A stretch of 64,000 nt of DNA, taken from positions 70,051 through 134,050 of the forward strand of contig CAJXXR010000003.1 in assembly GCA_913063375.1 (NCBI GenBank), in the 5' to 3' direction. Below are positions 24,939 to 34,611 of this stretch, piece by piece. Both the position numbers and the translations under genes were made by a program. This stretch comes from an uncultured Flavobacteriales bacterium. Lineage in GTDB: Bacteria; Bacteroidota; Bacteroidia; Flavobacteriales; CAJXXR01. The notes beneath the pieces are model-generated. The model had not been told where the DNA came from. It ran no database searches and saw nothing but the letters and a program-made list of their open reading frames with translations. How positions within the stretch are numbered: the stretch's first letter is position 1; each line of letters begins with the position of its first letter.

Positions 24939-26039
24939 TTAGTTGCTAAACCCTTTAATGTACTCTGTAGGAGTCTTTTGCATTATTTTTTTGAAATACC
25001 TGTTAAAAGAAGATTTTGAGCTAAAACCACAGTCGTAGGCCATCCCTAGTACCGTCAATTTTTGATGTTTTTGATCAGATACTAGGTCTAAAAATGCTTT
25101 TAAGCGATAACTATTGACAAAATCAAAGAAATTGGCTCCTTCTTTTTCATTGATTATTTGTGATAAATAATTTGATTTTGTTTCCAATTTACTTGCTAAG
25201 TCAGCAAGCGTTAATTCACAATCGGCATATAATTTCTCTTTCGAAAATACATGAATAAGCTTCTCATAAATTTTCTCAGAATGTTCTTTTGTTAATCCAG
25301 ATTTTGAATATTTCTTTATAACAGGCCCTATCGTTTCACTGTCTTTTGGAATATTGGGGATCTGTTCCAATTTGCCATTAGAAAAAATGGGGTCTTGTTT
25401 TATACCAAAATAGCTAATTATAAATACGAAAAATGCAATAGCAATAAAGATGTAATTTTCAGGAAGGAAAAGCACTAAGATCCATAAACAACCAGTGCCG
25501 TAAATAAGCATTCTAAGCCAATTCAAATTTATATTGTCAAGGTTTGAAAACTGGAGACGAATATTGAGGCTGTGTTTTTTTAAGAGATTCAAGGTCCAAT
25601 AAATATATAATAGACCATGTAAAGGAAATAGTATGGTCTTTACTTTCATGAAATTTTCAAATCCCGCCCCTTGATTCTCGTAAACATATATTTTCTGATC
25701 TGTGGGAAGGGAGAAAAAGTTAATTAAGTATAGGTAACAAACTATTATTGGAAGAAAATGAGCAAGTATGACCCATTTTTTTTTGGGTATTATTTCTACG
25801 GTAGCGCCTACATAAAAAAAGAGAAATATTCCGTAAAATAAAGGAAGACCTTGTTCAATTCCCAAAAGAAAAGGATAGGTGAAATTCTGACTGCTATGAA
25901 CCAGGTAAAATAAGTACAGATGAATTACTATCAATAAAATCCATACGATCATAATTTTATCGGATAGGGTCTTCTGCTTTTTATTGATTAATAATAATTC
26001 AAAAAAGAGCGCAATGCTTATTCCGGCAATATATATCAT
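24939..26039 (-). CDS. membrane-anchored AraC-family transcriptional regulator
   Basis: About 6 TM helices are followed by a C-terminal AraC HTH (AYDCGFSSKSSFNRYFKK). Confidence 0.8.
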   Translation of the reverse strand: MIYIAGISIALFFELLLINKKQKTLSDKIMIVWILLIVIHLYLFYLVHSSQNFTYPFLLGIEQGLPLFYGIFLFFYVGATVEIIPKKKWVILAHFLPIIVCYLYLINFFSLPTDQKIYVYENQGAGFENFMKVKTILFPLHGLLYIYWTLNLLKKHSLNIRLQFSNLDNINLNWLRMLIYGTGCLWILVLFLPENYIFIAIAFFVFIISYFGIKQDPIFSNGKLEQIPNIPKDSETIGPVIKKYSKSGLTKEHSEKIYEKLIHVFSKEKLYADCELTLADLASKLETKSNYLSQIINEKEGANFFDFVNSYRLKAFLDLVSDQKHQKLTVLGMAYDCGFSSKSSFNRYFKKIMQKTPTEYIKGFSN

Positions 26040-26413
26040 TCTGTGAATTTATGATATTGATTTATGTTGTACAAACAATAGCTAGAGACAGCGAAGGTAC
26101 AAAAGAGCAGGTATTCGACTATTCCTATTTGGATTTCATTGTCTGGTTATTGTGGTCTAAACCTGAATGATTTACACATGATTTTACTTTTTATGGGCTT
26201 GAAATACTGTTATTAGCGATAGATGAATATCCTCTTTTTTTTAATGTGTGACTTAAATTTAATAATTTACAAGCCAATTTCAGTTATCCTTATAAAAATA
26301 CTTTACTCCCAGTTGATTGGGGGATTGGTCTCGATGGTTGAGATATGTATAATATATGCGTATATATAAATTAGGCTACCTATAAATAGTCAATAACAAA
26401 TAACGATAGTAAT

Positions 26414-26791
26414 ATGAAAAAAGTAACAGGTATTGGCGGCGTTTTTTTCAAATGTAAAAACCCGGAAAAAATGACAGCGTGGTATCAAAAACACCTTGGA
26501 TTGGATACCAACCCCTATGGTGCTACTTTTAATTGGTACGAGGATGAAGACGGTAAAAAGAAAGCTCAAACACAATGGACTCCTTTTCCGGAAACGACAA
26601 AGTACTTTGAGCCTTCGGATAATAATTTTATGATTAATTATCGTGTTGAAAACTTAGAAGCCCTTGTTGAGGAATTCAGAAAAGACGGGGTAACCATTGT
26701 GGACGATATAGAAACATTTGCGTACGGAAAATTCATACATATTCTAGATGCTGAAGGAAACAAAATCCAACTATGGGAACCTATGGACTAG
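26414..26791 (+). CDS. VOC/glyoxalase-family protein
   Basis: The 125-aa ORF has GIGGVFFKCKNPEKM..WY...LG and ...KIQLWEP, typical of small glyoxalase-fold proteins. Confidence 0.65.
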   Translation: MKKVTGIGGVFFKCKNPEKMTAWYQKHLGLDTNPYGATFNWYEDEDGKKKAQTQWTPFPETTKYFEPSDNNFMINYRVENLEALVEEFRKDGVTIVDDIETFAYGKFIHILDAEGNKIQLWEPMD

Positions 26792-26811
26792 GAAGTACTC
26801 TTTTAGTTCGT

Positions 26812-26847
26812 ATCAGTGTTTATTGAGGAAGACACTGATGTGTTTTT
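26812..26847 (+). terminator. possible rho-independent terminator
   Basis: An ATCAGTGT / ACACTGAT stem is followed by a T-rich run. Confidence 0.45.
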
Positions 26848-26906
26848 ATCCTCTTTATAATCATCCCTAAACTACCTTTGTTTAAGAATCATTAAAATGG
26901 TATAAA

Positions 26907-27473
26907 ATGAGTTTACAAACACCAAATACAGCGTTAATAATAATTGATGTTCAGAAAGGATTTGATGACGAAGCACATTGGGGAGGAAATAGGAATAATA
27001 AAAATGCGGAAACTAATATTGTACAAATATTAGAAAAATGGAGAGCGTTGAAACTTCCAATATTTCATATTCTTCATAGTTCATTAGAATTGGGATCAAA
27101 GTTGCACCCATCTGATCCAGGATTTGAAATGAAGGATGAAATAAAGCCACTGGACGGAGAACCAATTATTGTTAAAAATGTAAATAGTGCTTTTATTGGA
27201 ACTGATTTAAAAGAAAGGCTTGATAAACAAACAATAAAGCAACTAGTTATCGTTGGACTCACAACAAACCATTGTGTTTCTACTACAACAAGAATGGCGG
27301 GAAATTATGGATTTGATGTTTTGCTTATTTCGGATGCAACGGCCACTTTTGATAGAGTTGGAATAAATGGAGAACTATTCGATGCGGAGACCATTCACCA
27401 AACGGCTCTGGCTAGTTTAAATAATGAATTTGCTCAAGTAATTGATACAAGAGAATTATTAGGATTAGTATAA
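26907..27473 (+). CDS. isochorismatase-family cysteine hydrolase
   Basis: It has ALIIIDVQKGF and the catalytic-Cys block GLTTNHCVSTT. Confidence 0.8.
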   Translation: MSLQTPNTALIIIDVQKGFDDEAHWGGNRNNKNAETNIVQILEKWRALKLPIFHILHSSLELGSKLHPSDPGFEMKDEIKPLDGEPIIVKNVNSAFIGTDLKERLDKQTIKQLVIVGLTTNHCVSTTTRMAGNYGFDVLLISDATATFDRVGINGELFDAETIHQTALASLNNEFAQVIDTRELLGLV

Positions 27474-27509
27474 TATACGCTTACCTGTTAAAAACAAACT
27501 GAGAAGGAA

Positions 27510-28085
27510 ATGACTCCAATTGATAGGCTCATTACACATTTTAGAAAAAGTATTGCACTCACAGACGATGAGGCAGAAATAGTGGGGCAATGTTTTTCGA
27601 TTGTGAAATTAAAAAAGAAAGAAATCCTGTTATTCGTAGGGGATCATTCATCACATATGCGATTTATTTCAGAAGGCTGTCTCCGGAGTTATTATATGGA
27701 TGAAAATGCAAAAGAGCATATCATTCAATTCGGAATAGAAGATTGGTGGATTAACAATCTATACAGTTATCTAACAAATACTCCCTCAAAACAATTTATT
27801 CAAGCTATAGAGAATAGTGTGGTACTCCAAATACATAAGGATAAGTTAAACGAATTGTATAATAGCGTACCTGCCGTAGAACGATTCTTTAGATTCAAAT
27901 TTGAAAAAGCGTATGTTTCGTTACAAGAACGAACCATCAATACCATGAGTAAAACAGCGGAGGAGCGTTATATAGAATTCCGTACAAAATATAGAAATAT
28001 TGAACAGCGGGTACCTCAATATATGGTCGCTTCCTACTTAGGAGTAACCCCAGAGTTTCTGAGTTCGCTTAGAAAAAAACAATAG
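27510..28085 (+). CDS. Crp/Fnr-family transcriptional regulator
   Basis: A cNMP-binding-like N-terminal domain is followed by a C-terminal HTH (VPQYMVASYLGVTPEFLSSLRKK). It is a paralog of 30567..31133. Confidence 0.8.
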   Translation: MTPIDRLITHFRKSIALTDDEAEIVGQCFSIVKLKKKEILLFVGDHSSHMRFISEGCLRSYYMDENAKEHIIQFGIEDWWINNLYSYLTNTPSKQFIQAIENSVVLQIHKDKLNELYNSVPAVERFFRFKFEKAYVSLQERTINTMSKTAEERYIEFRTKYRNIEQRVPQYMVASYLGVTPEFLSSLRKKQ

Positions 28086-28165
28086 CAAACCTTTCTTAAG
28101 GTACCTTAAGATTTAATCTTTTCAACTGATATAAGTTTGTACTGTTAATTAAAACAACCGTACAG

Positions 28166-29113
28166 ATGAAAAAAATAATAGCATTTACAGGAAGCAACAA
28201 CCCAAACTCAATTAATGAGAAACTGGTGCTATCCATACTTAAAAAATACCCAGGGCAAAATATCGAATTTATTGATCTAAAAGATTTCAATGTCCCCATT
28301 TACAGTCAGGAAATTGAACAGAATGGAATTCCAAAACAAATAAAGAAGCTCTTTCAATTATTTACTGAGGCAAATGCATTCATCATAGCATCGCCAGAGC
28401 ACAATGGTCTTCCGTCGGCATTTCTGAAAAACATAATTGATTGGCTTTCTAGAATCGATCAGAGAATATTTTGTGAAAAACCCGTTTTGCTTTTAAGTAC
28501 TTCTCCGGGTCCAACAGGTGGTAAAACGCATCTTCAAATTTTGGAAAAACTTGTATTGCGATGGGGAGGACTTTTTGTGGAACAATATTCATTGGGAAGT
28601 TTTGATCAAAATTTTGACAAGAACAACTTATCCATTATACCTCCAGAAGAAAATGAAAAGTTGAAAATTGCTTTACAAGCCATCATGAGTGGAGTGCCCT
28701 TGACTAAAAAAAATAATGTAGAAGTGGTAAAAGATTACTTCAACTCATTTCAGAATGGGAATATGGAGCAAGTATTAAATTCATTTCATCCTGATTGCTA
28801 TATTGTTAGTGTAAAGGAGGAAGAGCGTTCAAAAGAGGAGTTACATGGCATTTATAGAACTCAAGAAGAGGCCAAACAATTTTTGAATAATATTACCGCT
28901 CTTTTCAATACAAAGGATTTTACGGTGAATCATATTTCGTCTGCTGGAGACCATCTAGTAATGGCAAATGGTACTTTTTCTCACGAAGTAAAATCGACAG
29001 GTAAGCTTTTCAATAGTACATGGGCTCAACTATGCATTATTAAGGATGAAAAAATAAAAGAATATCGATTTTATGAAGATTCAGCAGCCTTGGTAGTTGC
29101 TTCTACATTATAA
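28166..29113 (+). CDS. NADPH-dependent FMN reductase domain fused to a SnoaL/NTF2-like domain
   Basis: The N-terminus (MKKIIAFTGSNNPNSIN...ASPEHNG) is flavodoxin-like. The C-terminal ~120 aa (VVKDYFNSFQNGNMEQVLNSFHPDC...) are SnoaL-like. Confidence 0.65.
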   Translation: MKKIIAFTGSNNPNSINEKLVLSILKKYPGQNIEFIDLKDFNVPIYSQEIEQNGIPKQIKKLFQLFTEANAFIIASPEHNGLPSAFLKNIIDWLSRIDQRIFCEKPVLLLSTSPGPTGGKTHLQILEKLVLRWGGLFVEQYSLGSFDQNFDKNNLSIIPPEENEKLKIALQAIMSGVPLTKKNNVEVVKDYFNSFQNGNMEQVLNSFHPDCYIVSVKEEERSKEELHGIYRTQEEAKQFLNNITALFNTKDFTVNHISSAGDHLVMANGTFSHEVKSTGKLFNSTWAQLCIIKDEKIKEYRFYEDSAALVVASTL

Positions 29114-29183
29114 ACCTTACAAGAGGGAGTAATTGTTAGTATAAAAAATGGACGTTTACTCCTTCTATTAAAAATACTATTAC

Positions 29184-29912
29184 ATGAATAATTACACCAT
29201 AAATCACCTATTTGAATTTTGGGAATGTATTGGGATAAAAGGGGGTTTTTTCACCCAGGAAGGAGGGTACCAATATACCCACCCTAGAAATAGTTCTTGG
29301 CCTAGTAAGGTCTTCGGAATCAATAGTGAACGAATAGATTTTGAGCAGCTCAATTTAAAAATGAGAAATGGGATTTTACCAAAATCGATTGGAATAGCTG
29401 AAGATGAATTGGTAGAGAAGTTGCTTTTGAAACACAATTTTAAGAAAACATCTGTGGTAAAAGGAATGTTTCTAACCCTATCTAAAGAACACAGACCTAC
29501 TGATCAATTCCCAACCATACAGCAAGTAGACACCCGGTCCAAAGCCATTGAATTTGCAACGATTGCAGCCAAATCTTTTGGGTATGAAATATATCCTGAG
29601 ACTATAATTTCTTTACTTAATTACGATTCAAAAATCAGGTTATATTTAGGTAGTCATAATGGGGCTTTAGTAAGTTGTGGAATCATTTTTTTAGATGATA
29701 ATAAAGTGTCTGGCATTCATATGATAGGGACCATACCTGAATATAGAGGGCTTGGATTAGGCAAAATAATGACAACCAAGTTGATATTAGAAGCTTTTAA
29801 AAATGGTAGCAATACGGCTGTTTTAGTAGCGTCAGAATCTGGTGAAAGAATCTACTCTAAAATGGGGTTTAACGTTGATGGTAACTTAAGAAGTTATTCA
29901 ATAAAAGAATAA
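29184..29912 (+). CDS. GNAT-family N-acetyltransferase
   Basis: It has the acetyl-CoA motif A, EYRGLGLGKIMTTKLI. Confidence 0.75.
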   Translation: MNNYTINHLFEFWECIGIKGGFFTQEGGYQYTHPRNSSWPSKVFGINSERIDFEQLNLKMRNGILPKSIGIAEDELVEKLLLKHNFKKTSVVKGMFLTLSKEHRPTDQFPTIQQVDTRSKAIEFATIAAKSFGYEIYPETIISLLNYDSKIRLYLGSHNGALVSCGIIFLDDNKVSGIHMIGTIPEYRGLGLGKIMTTKLILEAFKNGSNTAVLVASESGERIYSKMGFNVDGNLRSYSIKE

Positions 29913-29973
29913 AGGGGTAGAATGTGGTTTATAAATATTGGGGTTTAAGGTATTAACCAAATAAAGTCAACGC

Positions 29974-30007
29974 AAAAAGACTCACCTAAAATAGGTAAGT
30001 CTTTTTT
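29974..30007. terminator. bidirectional terminator hairpin of the AAGACT.A/TAAGTCTT family
   Basis: The sequence AAAAAGACTCACCT-AAAAT-AGGTAAGTCTTTTTT lies between convergent genes. Confidence 0.75.
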
Positions 30008-30046
30008 GTGATTGCAACCGGATTTTCTCCATGTTCCTTATATATC

Positions 30047-30493
30047 CTATACTAGCTTACCTTGAGGAAGTTTGAGTACATTGTCCAATTCAAAATATTT
30101 TTCTTTCATTTGACTTAAAGCAAATGCGCCTGCAGCGGCAGAAAGTACAGAATAGTCGAGTACGCCTTTTAATCCTGTGGAGGTTAGCATAGCCAAGGCA
30201 AATACTACTAATAGATATCCGCTCAATTTTGCAGAAAACTCTGTTTTATAGCCCACAATTAGAAGTATCGCAAGAATGATTTCTGCTGTAGTTGCTAGTA
30301 TTCCTAGAGGAGAGATTAATACTTCAGGAACAAATGGATTTATTAATTTTGTGTATGCTATAAAACTCTCCCAGTTTCCCCACGAAGAGACATCTTTACT
30401 CCATACTCCAAATCGATCTGCAACTGCGGATAAAAATCCTATGGCAATGGCAAGTCTCAAAAATAATTTGATCAGTTTTTGATTCATTTTCAT
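30047..30493 (-). CDS. DoxX-family membrane protein
   Basis: The 148-aa ORF has 4 TM helices and DoxX-like composition. It lies next to a Crp-family regulator, as is common. Confidence 0.6.
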   Translation of the reverse strand: MKMNQKLIKLFLRLAIAIGFLSAVADRFGVWSKDVSSWGNWESFIAYTKLINPFVPEVLISPLGILATTAEIILAILLIVGYKTEFSAKLSGYLLVVFALAMLTSTGLKGVLDYSVLSAAAGAFALSQMKEKYFELDNVLKLPQGKLV

Positions 30494-30566
30494 CCTATTT
30501 TGTTTGCTGTAAATTTATTTACAAAATATGTGATAAATCTTAATCATGATTAAGTGATCCTAATTT

Positions 30567-31133
30567 TTACTTTGACTTTATTTTACTAATAAATTCAGGA
30601 GTTAGTCCTAAGTAGGAGGCAAGCATATATTGTGGTACTCTGTTAGCAAATTCAGGATTTGCAAGTATGAATGTTTCGTATAATTGTTTTCCAGACAGAC
30701 TAAACATATACTCAATTCTTTGTTGAGAAGCGATATATGTTTTTTCCATTATAATTCTGAAAAAGCGTTCTATTTTAGGTAGTTTAATGTACAATGCTTC
30801 TAAAGCATCTTGACTTAATTCAAGATATTCAGCATCTTCCATGGCTTGGATATACATTTTTGAAGGAGTGGTATTTACTAAACTCGCATAGTCTGTTATC
30901 CACCAATTCTCAATTCCAAAATGAACTATTTGTTCATTCCCTTTAGTGTCTATATAAAAATGGCGGAAGTAACCTTTGGTAATGAAATACCGTGCAGTAC
31001 ATGTTTTCCCTTCTTTCAGAAGATAATCTTTCTTCTGTATAGTCTTGGTTTTCAGTGCAGCTTGAAATAATTCGACTTCATCGTCTGAAATGTCAATGTA
31101 ATTTCTTAAATAACGGGTTAGGTTAGCATTCAT
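30567..31133 (-). CDS. Crp/Fnr-family transcriptional regulator
   Basis: It has the same architecture as 27510..28085 (VPQYMLASYLGLTPEFISKIK). Confidence 0.8.
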   Translation of the reverse strand: MNANLTRYLRNYIDISDDEVELFQAALKTKTIQKKDYLLKEGKTCTARYFITKGYFRHFYIDTKGNEQIVHFGIENWWITDYASLVNTTPSKMYIQAMEDAEYLELSQDALEALYIKLPKIERFFRIIMEKTYIASQQRIEYMFSLSGKQLYETFILANPEFANRVPQYMLASYLGLTPEFISKIKSK

Positions 31134-31142
31134 CCTGCTTGG

Positions 31143-31183
31143 ATTGAGTTCTTAGGGTTGGTGCATAATAGAGGGATAGGATG
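31143..31183. repeat. 41-nt intergenic element, copy 1
   Basis: The sequence ATTGAGTTCTTAGGGTTGGTGCATAATAGAGGGATAGGATG matches 32584..32624 at 34 of 41 positions (hand count). Confidence 0.6.
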
Positions 31184-31352
31184 TATTATTACAGGCTATC
31201 TTTATTTCAAATTTAACATTTGAACAGCACTTATTGGCATTCTAATATCATTACTTCGTACAAGAGCCAACTATAGAGGACTCTGAAACATATCTTACCA
31301 TCTGAATTATTTCGTGATCCTTCAATGACAAGTCTTGTTTTTCAAAGTAAAT

Positions 31353-32471
31353 TTACTTCTTTATAAAACTAGCTGGAGTTTTATTCTCAAACTTTTTAAA
31401 AGCCGAATAAAATGAACTCCTAGATTTAAAGCCTGCCTCCTGACCAACAACATCCAAGGTTAATCCACCAAGTCTATTGTTTTCTTTCATTATTTTTTTG
31501 GCTTCTTCTACTCTGTATTTATTAATAAACGTATTGAAATTACAATTAGCCTGATAATTAATTACTTTCGATAGTTTTCGGTAATGTACCTTCGTTAAGG
31601 TCGCCAATTCCACTATTGTCAAATCTTCATTTGTATAACATTTAGTTTCGTCCAATAATTTGCAAATCAAATTAAAAATACCCTCAAATTCAGTAAAGTC
31701 TTCCTCCTCTTTTACTACAAATTCATTGAGGTTCTCATTTTCGGAATATTCAGAATTATAAATATAATATTGTTTTACGCCATAGAAAGCCAGCCAATAA
31801 GTAAGCACAACATAAGTAATACATTGAATTACATAAATGATCATCAGAGGATTTCGAATGTGTTCTAAATCCCATTTCAAACCTTGTTGAATAATGGTAA
31901 GAACAAAGTCACAGAAGGTAATTAGTAGATAAACAATAAGTAGAGGTTTTAACCAATTTAAAAGCCTTCGCTCAATAGAGGAATGAAAATTTTTGATTCT
32001 TATAGTATGATGCTGGATTAGAGTCCATGATTTATACAGATACCATAATCCAAATAAATTCGCTGACAGCATATACCCGGCATAGTATAATGAATTTTGT
32101 AGTTGAAATTGATCTTCACCTGGAACTAAAACAAACACACATATCAGTAAACAAAATTCTAATAATCCGGGATATAGATGCTTCTTCTCATTTAAATAAG
32201 AGGCCCCAACAGTCATTTTTTTAATATAAAGGAAAAGCAAAGGGAAAATTAGAAAGTAAAACCTAAATGGTAAGAAGATTAAAAATGGATTTTGGGGTGA
32301 AATACCATAATCGTTTAAAACATTGCTGGTAAATGAAAGTCCAAAAAATAATAAAAATACGCCCAACATTGCTGATGGCTTTTGCTTGGATGATATTTGG
32401 ATTAAAATGAGACCCAATACAACTCCATGTATCAAGCAAAGCAAATTTAATATACTGGCAATTTTATACAT
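31353..32471 (-). CDS. membrane-anchored AraC-family transcriptional regulator
   Basis: A polytopic N-terminus is followed by a C-terminal AraC HTH (GQEAGFKSRSSFYSAFKK). Confidence 0.8.
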   Translation of the reverse strand: MYKIASILNLLCLIHGVVLGLILIQISSKQKPSAMLGVFLLFFGLSFTSNVLNDYGISPQNPFLIFLPFRFYFLIFPLLFLYIKKMTVGASYLNEKKHLYPGLLEFCLLICVFVLVPGEDQFQLQNSLYYAGYMLSANLFGLWYLYKSWTLIQHHTIRIKNFHSSIERRLLNWLKPLLIVYLLITFCDFVLTIIQQGLKWDLEHIRNPLMIIYVIQCITYVVLTYWLAFYGVKQYYIYNSEYSENENLNEFVVKEEEDFTEFEGIFNLICKLLDETKCYTNEDLTIVELATLTKVHYRKLSKVINYQANCNFNTFINKYRVEEAKKIMKENNRLGGLTLDVVGQEAGFKSRSSFYSAFKKFENKTPASFIKK

Positions 32472-32583
32472 TCCCTATGAAAAATGAGAGTGAAACGTTT
32501 AACTTTCACTCAATTATGATTAAAAAGATTAAAAATAATAAAATTTATTTTCTCAAACTGTAAGTCCTCAATGAAATTCGTGA

Positions 32584-32624
32584 ATTGAGTTCTTAAGTTG
32601 TGTTCACAATAGGGGGATAGGATG
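32584..32624. repeat. 41-nt intergenic element, copy 2
   Basis: The sequence is ATTGAGTTCTTAAGTTGTGTTCACAATAGGGGGATAGGATG. Confidence 0.6.
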
Positions 32625-32633
32625 CTTTAAGGA

Positions 32634-33266
32634 TCAAAAATTTCTCAGAATAAATTGATAATCGATATTTTTATCGTTTGAAACAGTCAATAAAAATGTT
32701 TTCAACTTGTAGGAAATTAAATACTGAGTAAGGAATCTACTTTTACCATTATAAATTTGTTCCAATTTTATTTTGATGGCCTTTGTTTGATTTATAGAGA
32801 TGAATTTTTTTTCCAACCTATTATATTCAATTCCACTTTCAGCTAGTTGTGGAGCTAATTGTTGATCAAGCATATTGGCATATACCGTCACCATACTTTT
32901 ATCTAGAGGAATATATTCTCCGGGGACAAGCCAAATTAAGTTTGACGTATTTCCCTTTTCATAAAAAAGTTCAAATTGTGCTCCCATAACTTGGAGTCCA
33001 TTGATTGCGGACATGAGTTGGATATCGTGCTGGTCTAGTTGTTCTATTTTGTCATAAATTTCAGCATATTGATCAAAATTGCACTTTTGATAATTTACTG
33101 GAAAGTGAATATTTTTTTCAAGGAACTGGATTTGTTGTAATTCGGAATGTTCCTTTTTTTCATCGTCACAGGCGGAGACAAAAATTAGTAGGAGTACAAG
33201 AAAGGCGTAGTGTATATTAAATGATATTGCTTTTTGTTGAATTAAGGTATTTGATTCTCTAATCAT
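32634..33266 (-). CDS. hypothetical lipoprotein
   Basis: The 210-aa ORF has the leader ..LLLIFVSACDDE. I recognised no family. Confidence 0.6.
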   Translation of the reverse strand: MIRESNTLIQQKAISFNIHYAFLVLLLIFVSACDDEKKEHSELQQIQFLEKNIHFPVNYQKCNFDQYAEIYDKIEQLDQHDIQLMSAINGLQVMGAQFELFYEKGNTSNLIWLVPGEYIPLDKSMVTVYANMLDQQLAPQLAESGIEYNRLEKKFISINQTKAIKIKLEQIYNGKSRFLTQYLISYKLKTFLLTVSNDKNIDYQFILRNF

Positions 33267-33595
33267 TTATTTGGATTTTTGATCTTAGGAAGATCAATGG
33301 TTTTAATTTAGGTTTAAATGTAGTGTATTATTGGGTCGTTTGGATAATCTGATATTAATAAGTTTGAATACTTATAAGGAACAAATCCTCACTCATTCCT
33401 CTTGATTATTTCTTTTTAGGGTTGATCTATAATGTATTATTCATGTATAGTATGGGCATTTAAATCAACTAAGTTACAAGTCACATTTTGTTAATGTTAT
33501 ACAAAGAATTTGTTTTTGAGCGAAGAATATGCGTAAATTACCTATACATACGTTATATATCATTAAAAATATAGCATTGAATAATACACAAAAAA

Positions 33596-34357
33596 ATGAA
33601 TACCAATTTAAATTTAGCCGTACTTATAGACGGTGACAATATCCCATCGGCTCATGTAAAAGAGATGATGGAGGAAATTGCAAAGTATGGAAATCCTACA
33701 ATTAAGAGAATATATGGCGATTGGACTAAACCTAATCTGACCAAATGGAAAAACCTACTTTTAGAAAATGCAATTACGCCTATTCAACAATATGCATATA
33801 CTACAGGTAAAAACGCAACGGATTCTGCAATGATAATTGATGCGATGGATATCCTCTACAGCAGTAAAGTTAGTGGTTTTTGTCTAGTGTCTAGTGATAG
33901 TGATTTTACTCGATTGGCAACCCGATTAAGAGAAGCTGGGATGCAAGTGATAGGAATTGGAGAAAAGAAAACCCCTAACCCTTTCATTGTTGCCTGTGAT
34001 AAATTCGTTTATATAGAAATTCTAAAAAATCAAACTGAAAAGAAAAATGATGACAACAAAGGTTCGGACAAAACCAATGTAGATAAAATAACCAGAAAAG
34101 AAATTAATTTAATTTCAACCACTATTTCAGATCTTTCAGATGAGGATGGTTGGGCTTTCCTTGGTGACGTTGGTGGTCTATTGCTGAAAAAACAACCTAA
34201 TTTTGATTCAAGAAATTATGGGTTTGAAAAGCTTACACCTCTAATTAAATCAATTGGAAACTTTGAGTTAGAACAAAGAGAAAGCCCTAAAAGTAGGAAC
34301 AAATTGATTTTTGTAAAAAATAAAGATAAGAATGCGCTAAAACCTAAAAAGCAATAG
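33596..34357 (+). CDS. NYN (LabA-like) domain protein with C-terminal OST-HTH/LOTUS domain
   Basis: The blocks LAVLIDGDNI...IKRIYGDW...NATDSAMIIDAMD...VSSDSDFTRLATRLREAGMQVIGIG form the NYN acidic-residue pattern. The C-terminal GWAFLGDVGGLLLKKQPNFDSRNYGFEKL is LOTUS-like. Confidence 0.75.
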   Translation: MNTNLNLAVLIDGDNIPSAHVKEMMEEIAKYGNPTIKRIYGDWTKPNLTKWKNLLLENAITPIQQYAYTTGKNATDSAMIIDAMDILYSSKVSGFCLVSSDSDFTRLATRLREAGMQVIGIGEKKTPNPFIVACDKFVYIEILKNQTEKKNDDNKGSDKTNVDKITRKEINLISTTISDLSDEDGWAFLGDVGGLLLKKQPNFDSRNYGFEKLTPLIKSIGNFELEQRESPKSRNKLIFVKNKDKNALKPKKQ

Positions 34358-34393
34358 CGCGTGTTTTTGGTGAATCATTTTACGAGTTAAAAC

Positions 34394-34428
34394 AAAAAAG
34401 ACTTACACCAAAAGGGTAAGTCTTTTTT
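34394..34428. terminator. bidirectional terminator hairpin of the AAGACTTA/TAAGTCTT family
   Basis: The sequence AAAAAAGACTTACACC-AAAA-GGGTAAGTCTTTTTT lies between convergent genes. Confidence 0.75.
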
Positions 34429-34611
34429 ATTTTCCATCCTTTACAAGTCTACTTTATAGATTATCTTGTTGCTTACATGAAAAATTTGCAGGTATGTGTC
34501 AAGGGGTTTAATTCTTGATAAGCTGTTTCTTTGAAAAATGGAGTATATATTTTTGAAGAAGAGTGAACATAATACATCATTTTCTGTCCAAATCTGCTGC
34601 TCCACCATATT

